Source: Podarcis tiliguerta
Lineage: Eukaryota
Length of the DNA stretch: 64,000 bases
NCBI GenBank assembly: GCA_965153285.1
Contig: OZ229113.1
Direction: 5' to 3' (one strand)
Translations under genes and position numbers: made by a program
The notes under the pieces: model-generated
What the model was told of the DNA's origin: nothing
The model's input: the letters and a program-made list of their open reading frames with translations, nothing else
Database searches by the model: none
Shown here: positions 52,600 through 64,000 of the stretch, piece by piece
Numbering within the stretch: position 1 is the stretch's first letter
How the letters are laid out: every line of letters begins with the position of its first letter

Positions 52600-54959
52600 T
52601 AAATATCCATATACTTTCCAACTCTAAGGCTCCTCAAAGTGAGATATGCTAGGGTTCTTGACCTAATGATAAAACCATATGTATTTGAGTGCTTAGAGCT
52701 ATTTGTTAGATCACAGATGGGCAATATGCAACCTGTGACCCACATGTGGTCCCAAATTTCATTTTATGCAGCTCCTGAACATCCTGAAGCTGCCCCACTC
52801 TTCCATCCCATCAGAAGTCCCTCCCTCTTACTCATTTCTTATTCATTTCTGTGGTTTTTAAAGTGTTTCCCCTCTTCTTCTTGTGTAATTTCAGACTAAA
52901 ATAGAAGTGCAATTTTTTTCTTATTTGATAAAAATGTTTTGTTTTTTAAAAAAAGTTTTTCCTCTTGGAGAACAAATTGGGAGACTTCCCGTGTGTGTGT
53001 GTACCTAAAGTCAGAAATTGCCTTTAAGAGCAGCACCTAAACAGCTCTGCTGTGCTGATTTAAAAAATAATGATCCTGAATATTTATCTGAGAGTAACCC
53101 CATCAAACCCAGTAGGGTTTACTCAGAGTAGACCTGCATAGGGTTGGGAATTCAAAACTGAGGAAGTCATGGTGAAAAAGCAGGACAATCTTTTACTCGG
53201 TAATCCAGAACACCATTAGTTCTGTCACGCTACAGTTGAGGGGAAGTGGCCCTCAACAGAAAAAAAAGATTACTCAACTCTGATTCAAATAATCACGTGA
53301 GAAATCTGGTAATTTTTCACAAAATAATTACCCCAATTAAGATAAGCTTTTCCATACATAATTAGCAAAGGGCTGATGTGGGACACAGCTATACAGCTGC
53401 CAATAAAACGTTTTGAATGTGTTGTAAAGTGCTATATACAATTGTGACACTAGATGACGACTGTTGAGCTATGGCAAATTCAATGCATTTTTCAAAACTA
53501 TTTTTTAAAAAAAGCATTTTCACAACGTTTTTTAACATGTGTGCAGATTCCACCATGGTCCTTACCTGATGACTGCAATCAAACTTGTAGGCGCAAATGT
53601 TCTTACCACTAAGTTCAATGTAAACATTTTATTTTTGTATCACACCACCTTAAAAGAAGTGTTTTTTGATGTCCATTCAAACATTTAGCTATCCAATATT
53701 AAGCATAGATGAATTAAGCATTTAATAGAAATAAATTGTGAGAATTAACCATGAAGCATTAGTATCACTTGCCACCTTTCTCCCCACATGGAATAATTGG
53801 AAACACTTCTTTTAATAATGCCTACATGCCATAGTGAGACTGTATCTTTAAAAATTATTATTTATTCTTCTTCCACCAGACCAATTCAATATTCCTGTAG
53901 TGGCCACAGCAGTATATCCTAAGGGCAATACACTTATGCTAAACAGAAGACGGTATGTAATAATTTGCCAACACAACTATCAGTTTATATGCGGAACTGA
54001 ACTTTGAAATCAATTTTATTTTCATAGTTCAGTGGCCCCATTTCTCCCCTTGATGTTCAGTCTTATAAGAATAGCCACCACCCCAGATTCACCTTTTGCA
54101 TTGTGGGGATCTTGCTATAAAAATGACATAAGCACAACATAAAGATTCATATGGATATTATAATTCATGCTGTATATACTTAGCCTGAAATGAGGGATTA
54201 AATGTGAATGTTTATAGCTTTTCAAACATTATTATGCACTTGCAAATATTAATTCACTTTCAACGAAAGAGTCAATTTTTTTTTACACTATAGAATGCAC
54301 TTTAATACACTATTATGTACAACAGGCTGACAGTGAATGGACTCATAATTGATTTAGAAGCACATTCTACTGTCCCCCTCTCTCTGTCTCTTTAGTAAAT
54401 CATTTTTTAATCGGGCTAGCCTAAGCTGACCCACACAGAGTTTTATTTAATTTATTATGGAATTTATACATAAGGGTTGACTGGTAATGCATGGCTGAAT
54501 CAGCATTAAACAACTGGAAGAGTGAATAGAGGGAAAAAGGGGGGAAGAAAGAATAAGAATTCAAATTGCCCAACCATACAGAGGTTAAGACAGGCTCTAA
54601 ATGAGCAATGTTATTCAAATCCTTTGGAAAGGAATGGGGGAGGAAAGGGCCTTGACACCATTAAAGCTTTAGCGAAAGTGACTGAGTTAGAATTAATTAA
54701 TAATGGAAAAATGGGGAGGGGGTGAATCTTGAATGCATTAGCTGGCTCTCTTTCACCCTAATGGGAATAAAGGATACTATGTACAGGGAGGGTCAACCAA
54801 GAGACCTCCATGCTTTTTTGATATAAATCAGTAAGAGTCATACAGAAAATGCCTGCAAGGTCTATATTCTAGAACTCTGCACAAGAAGAAAAAATGTTAA
54901 GAAAGACTGTCTGTTTCATTCCTGCTTTTCTGTGTTTTATTTCTTCTTTAGACATGAAA

Positions 54960-55350
54960 AGCAATAGACATTCACAAAGAAAACGGTTTTAATACATGTG
55001 AACATATCCACAGGGAAGCACGTGTGGTGTGTATGATAAATGTTGCAATGACAGCCTTTCACCTCTAGGACACTGGCTTGACTCTCTGCGTTCAGGTTAT
55101 CACCAGGTCATTACCATTCAAAGCAAGTCTGGCAATAGATATGAAACGAGCAGCGCTGGGTCCCCATCATAAATTGGCCAAGTCAATGGTAGTCTGAAGC
55201 AGAAGGGTCAAGGATTGAATGGGCATGAAGACTCATCTCACAGAGGTGATATCTCTAGGTCAGAGTTCAGGCTCATTGCTCGGGAAGCATGTACTGCAGC
55301 TGCCTGTGCTGTGCCCCTTTCGCAGATAAATACAGGAATCCATCTTGTAT
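54960..55350. promoter_or_regulatory. Candidate enhancer with nuclear-receptor elements
   Basis: No recognisable repeat; DR5-like AGGTTA-n5-AGGTCA (55094-55110), DR1 AGGTCA-G-AGTTCA (55257-55269), GGGTCA (55205), CACGTG (55019), HOX-type TCATAAA. Confidence 0.4.
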
Positions 55351-55660
55351 GGCTGTCACAACTCAACACTTCTCATAAGGATTGAATGCCTACTTTAAAA
55401 AATATGCCTATCTAAAAGAGGACAAGTCCCTATCCTTTTAAATCACATTTATCATTACAGAGATATTTCTGTATCATAATGCTTTAAAGGTCAGATTATT
55501 TATATATATTTCGCAGGCTTAAAGCACCCAATAGCAGGCAATTCTAACAATTATTTACAATGGTAAATTTTACTGACTGTGTAGTGATGAGACCATGGAT
55601 TTTCAACTCAGCCCCTGTCCCCCCAAAACAGGAATACAAAACTGAACATGCAATTAAGAG

Positions 55661-55743
55661 TAGCTCAGAGTGGCTGGGGACACCCAGCCAGATGGGCGAG
55701 GTATAAATAATAAAATAATAATAATAATAATAATAACAACAAC
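55661..55743 (+). mobile_element. L2 extreme 3' end with (AAT)n tail
   Basis: cagagtggctggggacacccagccagatgggcgaggtataaataataaa followed by (aat)n. Confidence 0.7.
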
Positions 55744-56673
55744 CAGGAACTCACTAATGCTTAAAGCTAGTCCAAACTAACATGGCAATCCCATGCATGT
55801 CTACTGAAAAGGATGTAGCACGGAGTTCAATGGGGCTTACTCATGAGTAAATGTTAGGATTGCTGCCAAATTGGTGCTGAAATAAGTGTAACATCCTTCT
55901 TGCACTATACCCAGTTGTAGAATTCTATTAAAAATAATAATTACCAAAAATTGTAAGCATTTTTTCCAGGTATTTGATAACATTGAAGGTCACAATCAGT
56001 TTTTCACACAAGTTAATTTTGTCAGTCACATGAATTTAGATACATTTGTGTTACCCTAATCTTAAAAACAGTTCAAACATGTGCCCATGTTATAGGCCAG
56101 CACTTGACCCTTAAAAATGCGAATTCTTCACAGACTGTGATATCACATATTCATCCATCTTAATTCAGTTCTGGACTGAGGGGGGAATCTAAAACTGATA
56201 ATGCAAGCTTCCCTCAATGAACAATTATAAGTATATAGGCTGGGATCCTACGATAAGCCAATTTAACGAACAGGGAATAAAAGTTTCCTGTCCCCTCTCC
56301 CTCCCCTGCAGCCACCTGCATTCCCCAAAAAGCTTCTCCACAGACTCAGGTGATCCTCCTAAACAATTCAGGATTGAGTAGGGAGACGCTGCTAGGGAAA
56401 TAAGAATTTGCCCAGATTGAAAAAGCCTTATTTTAGAACTGAAGTCATGGCATCTAAGAAAGAGACCACAATGGCACATGAGAATGGAGAGGAACTGATG
56501 TTATAGTGGGCCACTGGCAGGGTTCACAGCGAAGGAATGGCAGGCAGGCCTCAGTACAAAGAGAAAGTTACATGTGTTTTGGGTTGATTGATACTTAAAA
56601 TCTTAAAATGTACTGCTGTATTGGGGTGGGAGGCTATTTAGCAAGAGCAGGGTCTTCAGCAAAGGTATGGGCG

Positions 56674-56696
56674 TAATAATAGTAGTAGTAGTAGTA

Positions 56697-56728
<32 letters not shown>

Positions 56729-57093
56729 TTTTTATTTATATCCCGCCCTCCCCAGCCGAAGCCGGGCTCAGGGTGGCTAACAACAATAAAACAGTACAAA
56801 AGTACAGCACAAACAACACTCTAAAATCATTCATTATAAAATTAATTAATTCAAGCCACTGGCAACCATTGGGCCAGAGCTCCGCGAAGATTGCCGAGAG
56901 AGGGAGTCAGGCTGTGCCCTGGCCAAAGGCCTGGTGGAACAGCTCTGTCTTGCAGGTCCTGCGGAAAGATGTCAAGTCCCGCAGGGCCCTGGTCTCTTGT
57001 GACAGAGTGTTCCACCAGATCGGAGCCACGGCCGAAAAAGCCCTGGCTCTAGTTGAGGCCAGCCTAACGTCTCTGTGGCCTGGGACCTTCAAG
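56674..57093 (-). mobile_element. Young 5'-truncated L2 (intact ORF2 C-terminus, 3' UTR and (ATT/ACT)n tail)
   Basis: ORF 56907..57092 VRLASTRARAFSAVAPIWWNTLSQETRALRDLTSFRRTCKTELFHQAF*, CpG-rich, with a microsatellite tail at 56674-56728. Confidence 0.9.
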
Positions 57094-57169
57094 GTGAAGA
57101 ATTAGAGCAGAGGAGCAATTCCTACAAGTCCTGGGAGCCAAGGTAAGGAATCGTGACAGGATCATCAGA

Positions 57170-58135
57170 AAGTACACAACCAAAATGAACAATTTCCAGA
57201 TAGATCATAAGATCCAAAATAAAGATATAAAAAACAACACAAAACAAAAACAACCACAAGAAGATCAACAACCCTGCACCAACCAACCCCCCTAAACAAT
57301 AACCCAACCCAACAGTCTGTTCAACAGCCTCATATTTTGTAGCTGGAGTCAGTCAGGACTCCCACACACCCAGGCCTGCAGGGAGCAGGTCTTCCAGGAG
57401 TCGTAGCCAAGATAGTCTCTGGCCTCTTCAGCAGGTGCTGCTTTTGTACCTGGAGTCAGTGAGGACCCTGCCTTCCCAGGCCAGGTGGGAAAAAGCCTGC
57501 AAGGCAGGGAACAGGTATTCCAGGACTCACAGCCAAGATACTTGCTTTTGCTTACATAGCTTAACTAAAACCCTACGCAAGCTTATGCAGCTGTACAACC
57601 TAATTGCCTCATGAATGGGATGTCTTATGAAATCAGATACACTGAAGTTCTAAAACTTTAGAAAATGTAATGACAATACAGAATCCATCATCTTAATCAA
57701 CAGAGAATCCACTATATTTATGGCAAATTGCAAAAACATTTGTAAGGAAGATTAAAATTAAATACAATAATAGTAGCTTCTTTAACTATTTGAATATCAT
57801 AACCCTGCACCCATTACTGTAAATAGACATGCATAGTTAAAACTGGGCTAAAGGCAGCTTACAACATGAAAAAAATTATGTAATTACAAACAAAAGTAGT
57901 CATAAACAATAAAAAAACACCAAAAGGTACACAACCAAATGAAACAATTTTAACATAAATCTTAAGATATAAAATTAAGATACAAAACATTGATATCAAA
58001 AGCAACAACAACCCCCTAAACAATGTCCCTACCTAAGAGTCTGTTCAGCAGCCTCAGCTTTTGTAGCTGCAGTCTGTCAGGGCCAGGCCTGCCAGACAGG
58101 GAGTAGGTCTTCCAGAACTCATAGTCAAGAAGAGA
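57170..58135. repeat. Diverged local duplication, probably of an old L2 3' end
   Basis: 57170-57414 aligns by eye with 57927-58130; the inner unit ttttgtagctggagtc...aggtcttccagga..catagccaaga occurs three times. Confidence 0.75.
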
Positions 58136-59399
58136 CAGGCAGAATGAGTCAGAAATATACTGGTGTTAAATCAACGTGGACAAGAGTGAAGTGAATCAGC
58201 TAAATAGTAGATCATTCAAATTTGAAGACTCAGAATTGCTCTTTGGGATTTCCAACTTTAACAGCTCATAAAACCAGATGCTTAATGAATCTAATTTCTA
58301 AAAATGTGAGGCGTAAGCAACCACACTTTTATGGGATCCATTATAATATCACCATTTATTTGTCTGACTGCGAACTATTATATCCATCCAACTATCCCCT
58401 CTATTCCATAAAAATTGTGTGTTTTTAAAGGATTTAAAAACTGATGAAAGATCTGAAAATAATGTCAAGCAAATATTAATGTAACTTTATGATAATTCAT
58501 AAAAACTTCAAGCAGTCCTGTACTAACTTTTTATGTCTAAGTGTACAGACTTCACTGAGTTTAAGTAGTATACAAGTCTGAATCCACATTTTTATGGTGG
58601 GGGGAGCTCTGACAGATTATTCTCATGGTTCATGAGTCCCGTCCCGTCCCCCCCATGCCTGCCAGTTTACCCTCCTGGTGGTGGTAGCACTGCAACTCCT
58701 ACCTCTACCCCTTCCTCTTAAACAGGTTTCCCAGGTGTTACTGCAGGCATGTCTGTTCATTCACATGCATGTGAGGACAAAGGAGGCAGCTGCCATTCTC
58801 TCTTTGCAATAGTTACCAACTTGGGTGCCTAGACTAGACTATCTGGTAGCTAATGACAGGTCTGCTGGTCTGATCCAGCAGGGCTGTAACTGTATGCTTT
58901 GTGAGTGGGCTTACCTCCATGGCAGGGTTGGGCTACCATTGTGACTGCCAGGTAACCCTGCAAGTGAAAGTGAGTGCAATCAGCTCCACTGGACTCTACA
59001 GGACATGCACCTCACGATGCTCTGCTGACACTGGGCCTCGTGGTATAGCCAGTCACAGTACTTCAGCAGAAACATGTTCTTCCCAGTTAAAAACAATGCC
59101 ATTTCTTCTACTTTTGCTACATATTTAAGAATGCAAACTGCACAAGATAAGGAACAGAAGAACAAGGGCTCTTTTTAATTGTTTAGAAAAAAATAGCACT
59201 GGACAAATGGAGTCAGAACTGTATTGCTGAATATTAGAGGGATATTTACTGTTCATTTGATTGTGCTTTTTAAATTTCTGTAATAAATGCTTCTGTTAAA
59301 ACAATGTTCTTACTATACTAGTAATAAAGCTCAGGAGAGTAGTTCAAAGTTATGTAATAATTTGTCTTTTCAGAAAAGATAAATGGATAGTGGAGGTGT

Positions 59400-60600
59400 A
59401 CAAGACTGAAAATTAATTAACGTCTTAATGGTGGAAGATATTAATCTTTCTTGACAAAGCACACAAAAAAGAGCAACACTGTACTAGAAAATGTAGTTTG
59501 GCCAAGGTATTACTGGTATCTGAATAATACCAATATCTGGAGAGTTTGGCAAAGATATTACTCTTCCATAAGGTATTATCAATAGGTAGGAAAATTATCT
59601 GGGAAGTACCTAGGCAATGAACTTTAATCATGCACTATTCTAAAGTAAACCATCTACTTTATCTATGAAACTATATTATGTAGTAAGTTATCCTTAAGAT
59701 GGTATGGGAATCTTTGTTTTATTTTTTTACAACAAAGTAACACAGCTCCTCTTGAAAGTGTTTAAATAACAATCCAAACTGGAAGTATTTCCAAGTCTGA
59801 CATTTTTATGGCTTTAATAATTAAAGGCAGAGTAGAAAATATTGGTCCAAAATAATGGTGCTTTATAGTGGACAGAGATTAATACTAAGAGCTTTAAGTG
59901 CAATGAAATACAGAGCAAAGTATATAGTATAATCTGGTATGTTGTGCCACTCTCTCTCTCTCTCTAATCCTCTTTTATCCAAGCCATTTATCACCTAAGT
60001 ATCCAGATCACCAGAAAAACTATAATGGTTTCTCTTTGTTTGGGACAGACATATTGTAAGAAATTTTTAGAATACCTCACAAACATAGCCAACAACCATA
60101 TTGGAAATATTTTTTCAGAAGACAATTACAATCTCAACGCACTGATTAAGAAAATATGAACAAACAAATATTTTGCAATGGAAATAAACTTAAGTAACAT
60201 TCTCAGAGGGTAGGAAAATCAAATAATAAATCTTGGACTATTCACAAACCAACATTAGATTGATTACCCATTTAAACCTACTTCCTAAATAGTATTGGCC
60301 TATTAATATTAATTAGGTCAAGAATAATGGGCTCTTGGGAGTGAAAAAGGCTTGAAAGATCAAGCACCTATGTTAATATTATATTGTAAATTGTGCAGTT
60401 GAAAACAGAATGCCCCATATCTACAGATATGTATTTTCCACTCTAGTGGAATGTTCCCTATACAGGCCATTACAGGAACACTAATTTCTATAAATGTCAT
60501 TGTTCTATAACTTCTAACTGGCCATAAAATATTTGTGTTCAATAATCAGGTATCACAGCACAATCCAACAAATATTCCTATGGGACTCTATGAGACATGA
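59400..60600. mobile_element. Highly decayed L1-like remnants in mixed orientation
   Basis: Fragments such as YLSIQIT...EDNYN (+) and W.VR...PVMACIGNIP (-) resemble L1-clade ORF2. Confidence 0.3.
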
Positions 60601-61079
60601 GTTTGAATGGGCCAGACCCCTGTACTAAAGGTGCAACAATAAACTAACAGCAGCCCTGCTGGAATTTAAGGTATAAGTGCCTTTAGTATTTAAATAATCA
60701 ACTGCTTCAGAGACATACTTATAAATGTAACGAGTTTTAATTTAAAGACATTTCAATTTTGCACCTTAAGAAGAGCAAAAGAAAGTGGAATTGGGTCTGT
60801 TGACCTTGGCTATACTGCAGAAGAGAAAGAAGAAAGTATATCTTTCAGCCCTTTACAGAATGAAACCTTCAGCTACAGAGCAAAGGGCAGAACCGTTATT
60901 CAGTATCTACTATAAATATTCTCTATCAAGTATTCTATTGTTTTTCCAAACTCTTCTTGCCTTCTGCATCTTGTCAGTGAATCATCCATCCAATCTTTCA
61001 CCCTAAATCATGTAAGAAGATGCCTGACACTGAGACCCCATCTACACTATGTAAAAGCTGTATCATCCCAGCTTAAACA

Positions 61080-61290
61080 GTCATGGAAATCTTAGGAAGT
61101 GTAGTTTCTTAAGGGTGCTGAGAGTTGTTAGGAGACCCCTTTTGCTTCAGAGACTTACAATTTCCAAAGTGGTTTAACAATCAATCCCACTTCCCTCTTG
61201 GAACTGTAGCTCTATGAGGAAAATAAGGCTTTTCTAACAACTCTTAGAACATTTAACAAACTACACATCTCAAGATTCTTTGGGGAATAA
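61080..61290. mobile_element. Palindromic MITE
   Basis: Arms gtagtttcttaagggtgctgagagttgttagga and tctaacaactcttagaacatttaacaaactac are imperfect reverse complements. Confidence 0.7.
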
Positions 61291-62607
61291 ATGTACATTC
61301 TCAAACTGGAGATTACCATTGTTAATTTATAAGAGAAAATATTCTGTGTATGCTCAAGGAAACTCTTATTCACTTGGTATTTAAAACCAGATTCAACTGA
61401 AACCCATCTCCTCGGATAGGTTTCAGACTGAATAGGGAAAGACCAGGAGGAAAAGACTATTTTGTAGACGAGTTTCAGAAAGGAAACTGAGAGGAGAAAT
61501 TAGAAGTGGATCAATTATGTAGGAGGAAATGTCCCTGTTCTCATCTATGAAATGTTAGAAGATATGACAATAGTTCTGTTCAGCTCCAGCTCAGGCTCTT
61601 GGCTCATACAAAGATCAAACATATGCAACAGTTTACAAATTCTTATTAATGGAACACCAAAGTTAAGCAATATACTGTAATAAACAGAGAAATAAACAGT
61701 TCATTCAATCCTACAAATAGAGATCTACTTATTCATTCTATTTAAATATATACTAGTTGCATATAAACATGTATTCCCATACATTTTTCTCATTTAGTAT
61801 TCTGTTTTAAGGGAGCAGCTTGGCAGCTGCATATTAGCTATCAATAGCATTATCTTACTGTATTATCTCTGCAAGACATTTGCTATAAACCATCAAGCAT
61901 ACTCAAAAAAGTGCTGTAGTAAGATGGACATGTAATCAACTGCAGCAAATTGGTATAAAACACTATGAACTCCAAGAGCTGTAGACTGCAGAAAATGTGC
62001 CGATTCTAGCTCACTGAAACAGTCAAAACTAGAGGGAAATCCAGATGATCTGTAATTTCACAGTTGGCTGACTTTTGTGCTCTTTGCATAGGGTAGTGGG
62101 TTTTTGTTTTGTTTTGTTAAAATCTTCTCTTGGGTTCTGAACGTGCATGTGGAATAATATTTCATTCATTTAACTATACATATAGGATAAATTCAAGAAC
62201 CTGATTTACTGAATGCCACAAAATGTGTATTATGTCCAAATTATATTTTTTAAGTTTGCATATTTTTTTTGTACATAGCAATCTTATTATGTGATATGAC
62301 TAAATTCTGTGCAACAGATCAGAGTCAATTTTACTAAACCATTGTATCCAGGAAAGCAAACCCAATTTCCCCTCTACATAGGATTTATCAAAGTTTTCTA
62401 ATCTAAGAGGTATTGGCTGTTTATCAATGCATCAAGCACTGATGCAAGAAACTGCAAGTGTTCAAGTTTCTTCTTAGGGCAGCCTCTCTTTTGTCTCTCA
62501 GGGAAGAAACCAAGATTCCAGATCTCCGAGCACTTACAAAGGACCTCAACTGTCTCAGAATAGCAGCTCAGTGAGGCAGCAAAAGCACGCAGTTAGTCAA
62601 GTACACA

Positions 62608-62746
62608 CAGGGCTGCCATACATCCAGATTTTACTAGGATTTCAAATGGGGAATTTCCAAAATGTGGTGCTTTGTCCTGGATCTTAGGTAAGCTCAACAA
62701 CTTTTGGGGTGCCCTGGTTTTTACCTTTTGAAATATGGCAGCCCTA
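62608..62746. mobile_element. hAT (Blackjack-like) MITE
   Basis: TIRs AGGGCTGCCATA / TATGGCAGCCCT, 8-bp TSD agtacaca/agtacgca. Confidence 0.85.
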
Positions 62747-63014
62747 AGTACGCAATACCTAGGCAGATCTTCTCCAATTCCTCTGTGCTGTAGTTGTTCA
62801 AAGGGGCTCAAGGGGCACCAGGTTTTTATGCATATGTTCTTATCAAGCTACTCCACACTGTGTGTTTAGGAACCAAAATGTTGAATGGTAACTATTCCCA
62901 ATTAGTTTTCTTGTGATTTCAGTAAAACCCTCCCCGTCCCCCACAGTTTATCTACTATGGCTTTAGCAGTGCTAAAATGGCATCGTGTCCCATGCAAAGA
63001 TCATGCAGTTTTAC

Positions 63015-63515
63015 CTAGAGTTGATTAAACTTTATAAACTGCTATCAGTGGCTACAAATAATGATGGAAATATGCTGTTTCCAGAATCAAAGGAAGGCAG
63101 CATGTCCCTGAATAAGAGTTGATGAAGAACAGTAGTTGGGAGATGCTTATTGCCCTTGTGCAGTGGCAGAACAGACGGTGCTGTACCACTCATATCACCT
63201 CCCTCCAGCGGAGTCTCTCAAGTGGTGGTTAGATCAGCATGGTGCAAACCTGGCAGTGGAGCCACTCTGTCACTTCTGCTAACACATTTGCACCATATTA
63301 GCATCACTTCCGCTTTCCTCACCTCCTTGTTATCCTGGTATGCAGCAGTGACTCAGTCAAAGGGAGGCCAGGGGAGTGGTGCAGCCCCAGGACACCATAC
63401 ACTATTGCCCTCATATCCTGCTTGTATGGGCTTCCTCCAAGCGCCTGGCTGGCCAGTGTGGAAACTGTTTACCGCACTATGGAGGCCTTTGGCTGGATGC
63501 AACAAGACTCTTCCA
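63015..63515 (+). mobile_element. Decayed CR1-type 3' UTR, apparently interrupted by a GC-richer insert
   Basis: gctatcagtggctac...aggcagcatgtccctgaata and cctgcttgtatgggcttcc...ctggctggccagtgtg...ggctggatgcaacaagactcttc resemble a lizard CR1 3' end as recalled. Confidence 0.4.
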
Positions 63516-64000
63516 ATCATTCTTAGGATACCATGCGATGTACATAATACAGCCTATGGCTTCCAGAAATGGATCAACTATAAATGAACTATTCTTTTGC
63601 TCCAGCTTTGGAATCCCAGTGCCTAGTTCTAGCTCTCCTATAAAGGATTTCCTGCATAAGGCTGGGAGCTGAACTAATATATCACTTTCACAATCCACAG
63701 TAGGTTCTTTATGGGCTTACTCATATGCTTATGCATTTGCTTTCTGGTTTTATGTATTTGCTTTCTATTTTAGCCTCTTTCACACAGCAGGCATGGGTCT
63801 ACTACAGTTTCAAAACATGTAAATCACAGGTGGGAAACTACAACTTCTTTTATTCCTGACTGCAAGCCATGCTAGGTGGGGCTCATGGGAGTTAGAAGCC
63901 AAACATCAGGAGGGCCACAGACTGCCAATGGCTAATGTATGTCAAATACTGAAGCAGAAATGAAAAGAGGAGTGAAGAAACAAATCAGATATTCACATGG

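Noticed and set aside
53566-53648. Exon with internal ATG (MFTLNLVVRTFAPTSLIAVIR) and a strong donor
   Set aside because: Upstream stops in all frames, and it is out of phase with the preferred frame of the next exon.
543-63698. Most supplied 60-145 aa ORFs as independent genes
   Set aside because: They are short, compositionally random or inside TE remnants, as expected by chance in eukaryotic intron DNA.

Overview
AT-rich vertebrate DNA with no prokaryotic features. The repeats point to a squamate, most likely a lacertid lizard: Sauria-type SINEs with (ACCTTT)n tails, tRNA-head/CR1-tail SINEs, lizard-type L2 and CR1 LINE fragments, and hAT and Tc1/mariner-type MITEs. The window is mostly intronic sequence of one large minus-strand gene. 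Supportable exons lie at 47752-47686, 5719-5427 and 2218-2090, plus a small bridging exon at 5147-5125 or 4763-4693. The peptides tentatively recall the poorly conserved N-terminal/middle part of OFCC1 (ojoplano), the gene next to TFAP2A; this is from memory and unverified. Nearly all supplied ORFs are chance ORFs or decayed LINE fragments. Best second-look items: a solo LTR with an ordered promoter and polyA signal sense to the host gene; an inverted pair of young SINEs flanking exons; a fold-back junction at a SINE 5' end; two frame-bridging small exons that may be mutually exclusive; a U12-like donor; and several repeat-free, motif-dense enhancer-like blocks, one with DR5 and DR1 nuclear-receptor elements. 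I found no convincing evidence of a novel multi-gene system.
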